The position numbers and the translations under genes were made by a program. The notes below the pieces were generated by a model. That model saw only the letters and a program-made list of their open reading frames with translations, searched no databases and was not told the origin of the DNA. A stretch of DNA of 64,000 nucleotides from Octopus bimaculoides (lineage: Eukaryota), in NCBI RefSeq assembly GCF_001194135.2, contig NC_068989.1, positions 38,455,181 to 38,519,180 on the forward strand, in the 5' to 3' direction. Positions 52,105-63,944 of the stretch are shown piece by piece. How positions within the stretch are numbered: position 1 is the first letter of the stretch; each line of letters opens with the position of its first letter.

Positions 52105-52470
52105 TGTGGCAGTGTAGTAAGAAGTTTGTATCCTAACTGCAAGGTTCTGGGTTCAGTTCTACTTTGTGGTGCCTTAGGCAAATGCTTCTAACTATTGCCT
52201 TGCGCTGACCATACCACGTAACTAAATTTTGTTAATGGAAATTGAAAGAAGCCCATTGTGTGTGTATGTGTGTGTTTGTTCCCAACCATAACCTGAAGAC
52301 TGGTGCTGATTTATTTATGTCACAATAACTTAGCAGTTTGGCAAAAGAGACCAATAGAATAAGTACCAAGTTTTAAAACAAGTGCTGAGATCGATTTATT
52401 TGACTAAAATTCTATAAGGTGGTTCGCCAGCATGGCTGCTGTTTGAGGAGTGAAAGAAATAAAAGATAAA
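52105..52470 (+). mobile_element. Full-length family A SINE
   Basis: ggcagtgtagtaagaagtttg…ctgggttcagttct…gccttaggcaaatgcttcta…ggaaattgaaagaagccc…gaataagtaccaag…ccagcatggctgc. Confidence 0.85.
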
Positions 52471-52689
52471 GAAGAGTCACAAAATTGTGTATATTTTGTA
52501 TAACTAACATGTGCATTAGATCAGTGTAATTTAATTTTAGAAAGTTGATTTGGTTTTTAGTTTTGTAGGGTTCATTAAGTTATTTCAAACATTCTTTAGA
52601 AATCCTTTTGAAATGCATTAACATATTACACATGTGACATGTATTATTGAAAATATTAGGATAAAATATCATCATTATCACTATTGTCA

Positions 52690-54058
52690 TCATCATCATC
52701 CTCATTATTATCCTCCTCATCCTTATCATCATTTTTATGCCCATTTTTTCATGCTTGCATGGATTGGATGGGTCTTCTCGAGGAAAACACCCTGCAACTG
52801 ATTGCTTTCCTTTGAGATTCAACATCCAGTGATTAAACTTCACCATTTCTTTCTCTGTCTTCCTTAGTCTCCCTCTTCTACTGGCGCCTTTCTACCCCTT
52901 TTCTACTCATCTGTCCTCATCTATATGCATAACATATCCATATCAGCATAGCTATCTCTGTTGCACTCTAAACTGACTCCTCTTATATACAGTATTTCTT
53001 ACAGCTGTGCCTCATTGTTCATGCACACTAACATTATACATTCAGTGGGTCGTGCCTGTTTTGTTTCTTTCCAAAGTTCACACATCCTCTGTGTTTTTAG
53101 CACCTTTATCTCACTGTTTGTACTTTTTTATTTACAACCATAGTCGAAGTAAAACATTTGTAGATTAATCATCCAATAATTAAATTTCACTAATCAACTT
53201 GGATAACAGTCACTTTGTGTTTTTCCTGATGAATTCATCTATGTCCAAAGTTCCACTGGTATAACAATATAACAAGAGAAAGAAAGAACATGCTGGGATT
53301 TTTAAGGGGGTAACTCTTTTCATTTTCCTCATGCACTATGCTTATCTCTCCCTCTCCACTCTTGCTACCCAGTCCTATTCTCTCTGCTCCGTCAACTTTG
53401 TTGTTATTATTCTGTTGTTCCACTGTGCAAATCCTTGGGTTTCACCAGTTACTGCATTCCCCAATTTCCCACCTTCTACATTCAGGTGAACTCCCTAGCA
53501 CACACACTGGGCAATCCTCTATTGTCACATCCTTAAACTTTGAGAGTATGTTGTGGCACATTGCTACCATCTCTTTTACTTTCGCTTTCTCTCATTCTTG
53601 CGCTCTCTCTCCCTTACTCTCTCTCCCTTGCTCTTTCTTACCCTGATTGGGGTAACGATGTATCTCCTCTACAGTGAGACACCTATTTCTGTCTATATAT
53701 CACCTCTCCTCACTTGGCACAAAGCAACAACCTTGAGTACCAACCCCTCTCAATGAATCTTTGTCTTGCAACTTGGTGACCTTGCTGGTGCTGGTCCCAT
53801 ATAAAAAACAACCAGTTCATACTGCAAGGTTATTGGCATTAGGAAGGGCATCCAACCATAAAAACTATGCCAAAGCAGATCTCACTGGTACTGGTGCCAC
53901 GTACAAAGCACCCACTCCACTCTGTAAAGTATTTGGCATTAGGAAGAGTATCCGGCTATAAAAACCATGCCAAAACATACAGTGGGGCTTATCAGCTCCA
54001 GTCAAACTATCCAACCCATGCCAGCGTAGAAGTCGGACATGAAATGATGATGATGTTG
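52690..54058. mobile_element. Decayed minus-strand RTE remnants (52690-53750) followed by a plus-strand RTE 3'-UTR copy with internal duplication (53760-54058)
   Basis: The minus tail is catcatttttatgcccattttttcatgcttgcatggattggatgg. The plus copy has ttggcattaggaag.g.atcc twice and ends cccatgccagcgtagaagtcggacatgaaatgatgatgatg. Confidence 0.65.
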
Positions 54059-54740
54059 ATGATATATTTGTGCCCACTTTTACAGGACTGGCATGGGTTT
54101 AGTGAACCTCTTGAGGTTCACAGCCATGTGCCTTTCTTGGTGTCTGTGCTCATTGTGTTTTCAAGCTACTTTGTTCCACAGCTTCACACAAACCACTGAA
54201 CAGGTGGACTCTATGTTCATGAGGCATATAGACAATGTCATGACAAGCGGAATAGCATCAGTTGGAAGATGTGGATATAAACGTATGCACACACATGCAT
54301 ACACTAACACAAACGTACAATAGGAGTCCTAACAGTTTCCATCTATCGCATTTTACTCATGAGGCATTACTCAACTTCAGACTATAAACCCCATATGCTC
54401 GTGAACAGACTTCTAAATCAAGCAGCCATGGCTGCACCTTATGATATGCACACACGTACATGTTTACTTAAGTGTTCATGAAACCTACCCATGCACAAAT
54501 AAACATACATTTATATATACCCATGTGCATGCCACTATGTGTAGATGCACATAAGTGTGCAAACATACCTGAAAATTCATGTGCATATAATTTTTCCCAT
54601 CTGTATGAATAATATTTGTCTAATATATATAAATATGAAACCAATAAACACTTGAATTTTCCCATTTAACCATTATATGTCTCATTAAATTTATCTCCAA
54701 TAAATTGCAATAATTTATTCCTGTTTTTCTTTCATTGTAG

Positions 54741-55386
54741 GTGCTAATGCTAAGAATAAAAGAGCTGTTTATGAACCTTCTGGAACACAGCGCTGTCGAC
54801 AAGTAATCTGCAGCAAAGAAATGGCTCTCACAGTTGGTGTATTACTAGGTATTGTCATCCTAGCAGTTGCTTTTATTGCTTCATTTGCTCGTCCAGATAG
54901 CCAAAAATGTAACATAGCTTCTGTTCAGGCACCACCAAATGATCTTTTGTCTAACAGCAGTGGTAGTGAGAAAGCAGAAGATAGCAATACAGAGGAAACT
55001 GATACAAACTTCCCATGGAGTGGTGTATGGCTTCCAAAATCTGTTTTACCATTACATTATTCAATATTTATCCATCCTAACCTTACCACAAGTCTGGTAA
55101 CTGGGAATGTCTCAATTACCTGCAGAGCGGTCTCTTCTACAAACTTCATTATTTTGCACAACACACAAAACATAACTGAACTGGTTATTCATTCACACAA
55201 CAATTCAAAATTAAGATCCGCTGATTTGATTCAACAGAAGAATGGTAGTATGCTTTATATAAAGCTTGACCGCTTCCTTAAAGAGGAAGAAATATTTGAT
55301 ATCATCATTTATTTTCGGTCACGTCTGCAAACTGGAATGGTTGGATTTTATCTGAGCAGTTATACAGCAGAAGATGGATCAACAAG
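54741..55386 (+). CDS. Internal coding exon of a type II membrane M1 (gluzincin) aminopeptidase, ERAP/LNPEP-like; encodes the cytoplasmic tail, signal-anchor, stalk and start of domain I
   Basis: The acceptor is tttttctttcattgtAG|GT at 54740/54741 and the donor is AG|GTAAGA at 55386/55387. The frame is open from the acceptor: (G)ANAKNKRAVYEPSGTQRCRQVICSKEMALTVGVLLGIVILAVAFIASFA (hydrophobic anchor), then FPWSGVWLPKSVLPLHYSIFIHPNLTT, ending GMVGFYLSSYTAEDGSTR. FPW..xLP...P.HY...IHPNLTT and GFY.SSY match ERAP1/LNPEP domain I, and the phase-2 intron after GFY...R is at the position conserved in M1 aminopeptidase genes. There are six N-X-S/T sequons. The orthologue is not resolved, so no symbol is given. 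Confidence 0.9.
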
Positions 55387-56009
55387 GTAAGATATTTCAG
55401 TTATTGAAGAAATAACATTAAAGTTTGCTGATGTGTTAGTTCTCTTCATTTCTAGGGTTATATCTAATTGCTACATCTAATTTGGCTTAAAATTGTTTTT
55501 TGTTTTTTTTCATGTTATTTGATTAGTTGATATAAAATTTTCAGAATTGTAAAGATGTGTGCGAAGGGCAATACTACATTCTAGAACAGGAGGTGTATTA
55601 CCAAATGAATTGCAACTTAAAAAGTTGTTGCAGCATTTCAGTAATTGGTTGAAAAATTAAAAGCACCTCACAGATCTCCCATCCAAATATACTCTGCTCA
55701 TTTGTAACTGAGGAACAATCTATACTCTCTTACATGCAGTGATTAATTGTATGATGTTGAGAGTAACAGTTTTGACACACTATATTCTCTCTACTCACCA
55801 GTCCATTTCTATATATCAGTAAATTTTAGAGGTGGCTACAATAGAGGCAAGCATGTTGGGCTTACACTTGTTACTTGCTGTGAAAATATAAGACAGCAGT
55901 GGCTGATCAAGTGACAAAGTTATTGAACTAATTATTCATAATGAGTTTAAATTTGTCACTAACGTTTCATTGCATCTCTGGACAGAACAGTCACCAAACT
56001 TATTCAACC

Positions 56010-56540
56010 ACTGACCCCATTTAGCTACTTCTCCTTTTGCATCAACCACTTTAGCCGCTTCTCTTTTTGCATCGACCCCTTTAACCCCTTCTCCTTCTAC
56101 ATCGACCACTACCTCCTCATTTAAAATATCTTAATACCCTACCTTACCATACCATATCTTAAACGCATGCCAGGTACTGATGCTGGCAATTAAAATGTTA
56201 GCTAAAATATATATGTATGACAAATTAAGAAATTCTATTGAAGATGACACACTTTTTACATTTAAAACTACATGTATGAGTATTAAACTTTCAATTTTTA
56301 CGAAAATGTTTTCACAGTTAGCAAATGTGAAAAACACATATTGCTGGAAAATCTTTCATTGAAACTGACAACATCAATGTGAGGGATGAGCATGGTGCTG
56401 ACTCAATATTTCAAGCAGTTCATCTGGGTGAGCTGGTCTTTCACACGAAGATCCCCATTTGACCCCTTGGCTATCATCGACCCCCTGTAATTCCTTGCCG
56501 ACCCCTAAAAGGTTCTTTGGACCCCTTTGGCAACCCCTGC
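56010..56540. mobile_element. Probable hAT-type element terminus with degenerate ~30-bp subterminal repeats
   Basis: ttggcaacccctg at 56527-56539 (revcomp CAGGGGTTGCCAA, a hAT/Charlie-like TIR), with gacccc repeats at 56450-56530 and ~30-bp repeats at 56010-56110. A matching left TIR was not found. Confidence 0.4.
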
Positions 56541-56774
56541 TTTAGATTGTCTCAATATACCTACAAGCCATAAATAGACACTAACTCTAAATTATTTAGT
56601 CTCAATCTAGCGTCCACCAATTGTCATTATTGTTTTGGTTATAGTCTGTGTCTGAGGATTAGTATGAGGCTGCCTTTCTTATGTTAAGTACCTCATCCAT
56701 AGAGCATCTACCAATGAGTAGACAAATTCTTTGAGCATTGGAAATGTTAACCACAGTACAACAGGAAGACGGGC

Positions 56775-57110
56775 ATTGCTGTGTGATTAAGAAGTTCATT
56801 TCTCAACTGCTTGGTTTGACCTCAGTCCACTGTTCAGTACCTTGGCCAAGTATCTCTACTATAACCCTGGGCCTAGTGAAGGAATTTAATCGGGAGAAAC
56901 TGAAAGGTTCCCATTCTATGCCCATATATATACATACATGCGTATGTGTGTGAGTGTGTGTATTTAATTATGATGAGATTTTATTCAGTTTCCATCTATT
57001 TATCCACAGACCTGAGTCTGTACCGGAAAACATTGTCCAAAATGCTGCCCAGTGGGACTAAATCAAAAATCATGTGGTTGGGCAGTGACCTTCTTAACCA
57101 TACAGTGATG
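56775..57110. mobile_element. Two family A SINE heads in inverted orientation (56775-56945 +; 56985-57110 -)
   Basis: gctgtgtgattaagaagtt…cagtccactgttcagtaccttggccaagt versus tcagtttccatcta…cattgtccaaaatgctgcccagtgggact…cttcttaaccatacag. Confidence 0.75.
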
Positions 57111-57769
57111 TCTATGTCTTTATTTTTATGTTGGACGTTTGTCTTTGAGTTTCATATTTTACATAACGGTATTTCCTAGGAGTATTGTGTGGACTTCAAA
57201 AATTTGCTGTAACTCAGTTTTAAATTGGCTACTTCAAAGTGTGAAGCTGAAGTTGTACTTTTTACATTGACTTGTGGGATATGTCAATTAGACAAATCTA
57301 TATTTTGCTGAATGTATACACATTAACATACACACACACAGAGTAATTGTGATGTTATTGAATTCTGAACACTGTGATTCTATTTATTAGCAAAATTGAT
57401 ATGACTGGGCCCATTTGAAGTGTGCCAGAAGTTTTTTTTTATGTGTGTGGTGTGTGTGTGTGTTGAGATAAAAAGAATTAGATTGTTATCAAAGAGTTGA
57501 ACAATTGTGGTGGTAATCAGATGTGTGGTACAGAGGTTGATATTTGGGAAGAGGATTTGTATTTAACTAGATGAAGTATATTTTGGTGAAAACTGTTTAA
57601 GACATTTAGAGAGTTTAGTAATGTTACTGTGATATTCAGATTAGTTGCAAAACAGGATGCTGAGATGTGCTGAGTGCATCAAAGTTTCTTTTAATAATAG
57701 TGTTTGGGAAAATGTTGATATGTTTTAGTTGGTATGTGTAATAACTGGGTAGGTTATTTAAAGAAATCA

Positions 57770-58673
57770 ACAGTAGTATGTAGCTGCTAGAATAAGAATA
57801 GCCTGGGCAAAGTTTAGAGAGCTCTTACCCCTGCTGGCGACAAAGGGACTCTCACTCAGAGTAAAAGGCAGACTGTATGACGCATGCGTACGAACAACCA
57901 TGCTACATGGCAGTGAAACATGGGCTGTAACTGCTGAGGACATACGTAAGCTCGCAAGGAATGAAGCCAGTATGCTCCGTTGGATGTGTAATGTCAATGT
58001 GAATACCCGTCAGAGTGTAAGTATCTTGAGAGAAAAGCTGAACATTAGAAGCATCAGTTGTGGCGTGCAAGAGAGACGATTGCGCTGGTATGGACATGTG
58101 GTGAGAATGGAGGAGGATAGCTGCGTGAAAAAGTGCCACACCCTAACAGTTGAGGGAACCCGTGGNNNNNNNNNNNNNNNNNNNNNNNNNNNNNNNNNNN
58201 NNNNNNNNNNNNNNNNNNNNNNNNNNNNNNNNNNNNNNNNNNNNNNNNNNNNNNNNNNNNNNNNNNNNNNNNNNNNNNNNNNNNNNNNNNNNNNNNNNNN
58301 NNNNNNNNNNNNNNNNNNNNNNNNNNNNNNNNNNNNNNNNNNNNNNNNNNNNNNNNNNNNNNNNNNNNNNNNNNNNNNNNNNNNNNNNNNNNNNNNNNNN
58401 NNNNNNNNNNNNNNNNNNNNNNNNNNNNNNNNNNNNNNNNNNNNNNNNNNNNNNNNNNNNNNNNNNNNNNNNNNNNNNNNNNNNNNNNNNNNNNNNNNNN
58501 NNNNNNNNNNNNNNNNNNNNNNNNNNNNNNNNNNNNNNNNNNNNNNNNNNNNNNNNNNNNNNNNNNNNNNNNNNNNNNNNNNNNNNNNNNNNNNNNTCAC
58601 CAGTCCTCAGTCAAATCGTCCAACCCATGCTAGCATGGAAAGCGGACGTTAAACGATGATGATGATGATGATG

Positions 58674-58676
<3 letters not shown>
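57770..58676 (+). mobile_element. Young 5'-truncated RTE LINE (middle in N-gap) with (GAT)n tail
   Basis: An open frame 57777-58165: VAARIRIAWAKFRELLPLLATKGLSLRVKGRLYDACVRTTMLHGSETW…LRWYGHVVRMEEDSCVKKC. The tail is caacccatgctagcatggaaagcggacgttaaacgatgatgatg. Confidence 0.92.
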
Positions 58677-58704
<28 letters not shown>

Positions 58705-59803
58705 GCTTTTCTTTTAGACTTTATATTAAAAACATGATTATGTTCTAATTTATTCTTTTGTAAACCATATAGTTTCAGGTTCAGTACTACTGCATGGAAT
58801 CTTGGACAAATGTCTTATACGATAGTCTCTGACTGGCCAAAGCATTGAGTGGATTTTATAGGTGGAAACTGAGAGCCATAACATATGTGTGTATGTGGTT
58901 ATGTCACCTAACATAGTGTGCTGGTAAATGAGTGTCACTATCATACAAGCAGTGTCATTCATTTCTAGTTTTCTTTGAAAAACTGCCTCACCATGGAAAA
59001 GCAGTCCCTTTGTTTGGGAACAAGTAAGGGTTGGTGATAGGAAGGGTATCCGATCATAGAAAAATTTGCAGTGGATGTTAAATTGATGGAAATAATCACG
59101 CATATATACATGCAAACATTCAACCACACACATACACACGAATACACACAATCATTATCATCTGTAACATGGGTAAGGAGTTCTGGGTATCCTCTATCAA
59201 GTTTTATTCATGAATTTCGTTGATGAGAGTGAATGTCTTATTCTGCAGCTTGTGAACTCCTCATATCCTGTATTGTTTTTTCCATATATATATAAGAAAG
59301 CTGATAGTGTATGAAACTTGAGAAGTGACCAAGATATTTGTTTAAATAGATCAATGAATGACCTCGTATATTAAGTGTTAGTTTCCTCTTGTGTTTAAAA
59401 ACCTTAATATGCTCATACATAGACATACATACATATATTGATAGACATGGCTCTTTGCTATTGAATATTATATCAGAAAACATCATCATCCTATAGACAA
59501 GACATGTAAACAACACACATGTTCCAAAGGAAATAATTAGACATTAGTGTTTCATCATAATTTCCACTTCTTTAGCTGAGACACCAACCAATCCCTTGGT
59601 GTTAGAAGCAACTGCTGCGATTTACAGAGATCAGAAAACAAAACATTTGCTGATGCATTCTGTGGCTTGCCAAACCACTAACTGGGTGATGTGGGAAATT
59701 ACAAAATCACTGTTTGTAGCTCAGGAGGTTTTGAAGAAGCACAAATATAAGCAAATACACATGTGCACATATATAGACATACATATGCACATGCATGCAC
59801 ACA

Positions 59804-59866
<63 letters not shown>

Positions 59867-59975
59867 ATTTATATATATGTAGTGTATTGTTTGCTTGTTG
59901 CTAAGATCAGAAAAGATTTCTTCATCCAGTGAGAGATCAGTATCATTTAATGAGTACAGGAACTATATGTAAAAT

Positions 59976-60145
59976 GCTACAAGTTTCATGCTCAGTGCAG
60001 TAATCAGATGGGACTTGTATAGCATACCATGCACAGTATGTTAATGATTCATATTCTTGAGCTTGAATGCTGGCTGGATCATGCATGGTATGCTATACAA
60101 GCCTGTCTGATTACTGCACTGCCTGAACATGGAAATTGAAGTAGC
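59976..60145. other. Intronic inverted repeat/hairpin (~60-bp arms, ~48-nt loop)
   Basis: Perfect 20-bp (cttgtatagcataccatgca / tgcatggtatgctatacaag) and 16-bp (cagtgcagtaatcaga / tctgattactgcactg) paired blocks. Confidence 0.85.
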
Positions 60146-60329
60146 TCTCATATAACACCTATATTCATTAAATGATATATATATACTTATATGGTGGGCT
60201 TCTTTTAGCTTTGTCTACCAAATACATTTTCAAGATTTTGGTTGGCCTGGGGCTATAATAGAAATCACCCAATGTATCTCTCAATGTCATTGAATCTGAA
60301 TCCACATTTTTTGGAATCAACCATGTAAA

Positions 60330-60380
<51 letters not shown>

Positions 60381-60528
60381 TGGGTGTGGGTGGTAAAGAA
60401 ATAAGAATGGATAATTCAAGACATCACTATATGCATTTCATCAGTATATATATATGTGAATGTGTGTTTGTGTGTAGTTATTACATAATATAATACAAGT
60501 GATTCAGTATCTGTCTTTTTATAATATA

Positions 60529-60737
60529 CAGTAGAATCCTGGTTTTCGAACGACTCTGATCAAGAATAAATCATACTTTATCTCCTGTCTTTCTCATATT
60601 TATTTAATACAGTAGTACCTCAGTTTATGAACGCCTCTGATCACAAATGAATAGTGCTTTATATATATATATATACATGTATATATAAAGCACGATTTAT
60701 TTGAAATCAGAGTTGTTCGAAAACCATGGTACTACTG
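60529..60737. mobile_element. Tigger/pogo-like mini-MITE (60610-60737, TA TSD) plus an extra direct copy of the left TIR (60529-60580)
   Basis: TA|cagtagtacctcagtttatgaacgcctctgatc…(AT)n…gattta…atcagagttgttcgaaaaccatggtactactg|TA. Confidence 0.8.
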
Positions 60738-63130
60738 TATAATATATATATTTATAGAATAACCAATTATTCTAAGTCTGTGTAACAAACTGCTGGTGAC
60801 AATGGATATAGTAGTGGTATTTATTCATGTTCACAATATCATAAATAGAATGTAATTTGCAATTATTTGACAAACATATGTTTTACAATTACAACACAAT
60901 TACAGGAGAAGCACATATGCAAATCAATAACAGTTATATAGAAAATCAGCATGTGTTTAGAAAGTTAGGATAGTTATAATTGAAGTCATAATATGTACAA
61001 CATATATGAGACAAGCAAAACAATATATACCTGCAGATTTTACATAGATAGGTATTTTCAACAAACAACATCACAGATGTTTTTCAAGGAGATAAAATGT
61101 ACAGATATGGCATGCATGTCATTATTAGAGGAAAGAAAGTTATGAACTAACAATAGTGTATTTACTTTGATAAAGACAGGTTTGCTTAGATTGTTGAAAT
61201 TAATACATTCTCATCTGTAATTTTTAATGTTGTTCTAATGTTTCCAGTTTATCAGTAGTTTCCAAACAGTTTCATGCTCACCTTGAATACAATTAAATCT
61301 TGACCTAGCAATCCAAAATTCCCATTATATGACATATTAATAACCAGTTTTGTTTTGTTTTTGTTTTTGATTTCTGCATACTAAGATTAAGTTATGCAGT
61401 TTTATTGATTGCATTTCCGGTACAATAAATTTTCAGACCATTTTTGGTAACCTCACATATCATACTAACAGGTGTTTTGGGAGGAATTATCTGTCAACAG
61501 TGGCTTCAAGTGTCACAATAAATACGTTGTATCTTTAAACAAACCAATTTATACTTATTGTATTATTTTCTTTAGATCTTAGCTGTTCATCATTTGATGA
61601 CATGGTAGCTGGAAGTAGCTTGATATAAGCCATATCTCATGGTCTGTATTTAATGCTAATGATTCACTTCAGAAGCAATCTGCTAAAAGGGTTAGTGGTG
61701 AACCACTCAATCCTTCTGCTTCATTTCGCAAAAATAAAAAATAAAAATAATTAATTAATCAAAATTACTCCTGCAGAGAGGAGCAAAGCATAATTAGCAT
61801 TTATGATTAATTTTGTTTATGAAATGAAAATTAGACAACTCTAAAATGCAAATTTATTAAAAATTGAATAGGGAAAATTTCTTTCCTTCACTATGGTGTT
61901 TTAATTATATTTATCTCTACTTAACTGCAAATTTTTGATGCAGAAAGCGTCCCTGGCACCCCTTTACCAAGTAGTGTGTTTGGTTAGCTATTTGGCTTCA
62001 TGACCATTTTCATAGTCTTAGATACTTATGCAAATACTCTTTAATACTCTTGATATTGTTTAACATGGCACAAGGTGAATTTCTGAGGAAGACATCTGTT
62101 GTTGATTGAATTGATTTGAGTATCTTACTGGCTCTTATTGACCTCGGAAGAATGAAATGCAACACAAAATTGGCTCTAACAAGATACAAATATAGAACTG
62201 TATAATAAGTGAGTAGTTAGAGTAAATATGAAACCTGGTACTCTTTTGTTTTCACAGCCGAACAGCAAGATATTGCTGAAAAGCAGAAACAAAACAACTA
62301 CACTTGAAATAGAAGAAACTCAAGTGAAGAAAAGAAGGAAAAAATATATAATACAGACAAATATTGTTTACGGGGGATTAAACAGTATTGAAAAGAAGGA
62401 TTGGTTCCCAGAAATTAATTGAACATTAAAAGAGATGAACATTATTATTTTCATCAATATTTGCATTTGTCTTTTTCTTGCTTTCTTTTCTGTCTTTCTT
62501 GTCTTTTTATGTATTCTTTTCCTTTGTAAAAATTGCGAAAATAATGAAAATCAATTGCTTCTTTCTTCAACTCAACTTCTTCCTCTGCCCACCATGCTTC
62601 AACCAGCCACCTTCTCTTGGCCATTTAATTAGTTAAAATTTCATTCTAAGGTATATTTCCTCTAGCTAATTATTTGTATTCCGGAAAAAATTTTATCAGA
62701 TTAGCCAGCCAATTTATCATTGTGAATTTTTCCAATAAGACAAATAAGAAAAGGAAAAGTAAAAAACAACGAATATAGTAATGGTGATGATGATATAGCA
62801 GTCGTTATTATAGGTGCATTCAATAATTCAAATAAAGACATTCTCCCAAATGTCTCCTTTGCTGGTAGGTGGGAGTTGTCTTCTTCATATTCTATTTTTA
62901 TTATCAACTGCACCAAAATGCATCATGCTTTAGATTTTCATCTAGTACTCTTGGATTCCCAAGCTGCTAACTTTACTGGGGTGGATGGCTTTTTCACTGG
63001 GCAAGAGAGAGATGGGGTGTCTTTTTATTTAATTTTCCTTCTCCTTTACTTCATTTTCATATTTTCATTTTATGTACATATATATTTGTTATTGCATATA
63101 AATATGTGTGTATGTATGTATGTATGTGTG

Positions 63131-63180
<50 letters not shown>

Positions 63181-63199
63181 ATAATAAAANNNNNNNNNN

Positions 63200-63944
63200 A
63201 GTTTAAACTGACATATGTTAATTTATTAGCATAGTATTATATTATTATCATTATAATAATATAAAAATAAATATAATCCCTACAATTGTTTCAATTCAAG
63301 CCCCAAATCCCAAAATTTATATTATGGAAATATTTGAGTAAGAATCTCATCAGGGTAAACTGAATGAAAATCACTTATGAGATGTTTGAAATCGTAAAAC
63401 AGACTGAATTAATATATGTGTATGTTTGTGAGCAAAAATAATTAAATTAAAAAAAAATAAATACGATGAAATAAAATAAAAACTAATATAATGGTCATAA
63501 AATATGTGTGTGTATATTTAAGAATGTGGAGGCGCAATGGTCCAGTGGTTAGGTAGCAGACTCGCAGTTGGAGGATCACGGTTTTGATTCCCAGATCAGG
63601 CGTTTTGTATGTTTATTGAGCGAAAACACCTAAAGCTCCATGAGGCTCCAGCAGGGGGTGGTGGCGACCCCTATTGTAGTCTTTCACCCCAACTTCCTCT
63701 CACTCTTTCTTCTTGTTTCTTGAGTAAAGCTGTGATGGACTGGCGTCCCGTCCAGCTGGGGGGGAAACACATATGCCATAGAAACCGGGAAACTGGGCCC
63801 ATGAGCCTGTCTAGGCTTTAAAAGAGCGCTTAAATAAAAAAAAATATTTAAGAATATTAATTTGAGTATATTTTTGCATGTTAGCAGTTTAAGTAATAAT
63901 GATATAATATTATGTTAATAAATTAACATATGTCAGTTTAAACT
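63200..63944. mobile_element. TIR element (>=45-bp inverted ends) carrying a SINE insertion
   Basis: agtttaaactgacatatgttaatttattagcatagtattat (63200) is the reverse complement of ataatattatgttaataaattaacatatgtcagtttaaact (to 63944). The left end abuts an N-gap. Confidence 0.75.
63526..63843 (+). mobile_element. Full-length tRNA-derived SINE (family E variant 2) with V-domain-like core, A-rich tail and 12-bp TSD
   Basis: The A box is tggtccagtgg, the B box ggttttgattcc, and the core gatggactggcgtcccgtccag. The TSD atatttaagaat is at 63514-63525 and 63844-63855. Confidence 0.9.

Larger units (their letters stand above)
15950..63199. other. Assembly gaps at 15950-16084, 24652-25457, 32492-32751, 35950-36462, 47881-48061, 58166-58596 and 63190-63199
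   Basis: Runs of N; any feature could be hidden in them. Confidence 1.

Noticed and set aside
59596-59904. 102-aa ORF as next aminopeptidase exon
   Set aside because: It has no M1 motifs (TQFEP, AFPCFDEP), the required phase-2 frame after the nearby AG has an immediate stop, and it ends in (CA)n.
63325-63360. Second hammerhead-like motif on minus (CTGATGA-GA…TC-AAAT)
   Set aside because: The GAAA box is incomplete, stem II is only 2 bp, and there are no stems I or III. A weak hit at ~30745-30772 was rejected likewise.
63528-63600. tRNA gene
   Set aside because: A/B boxes are present but there is no complete cloverleaf, and the sequence continues into a SINE body with tail and TSD.
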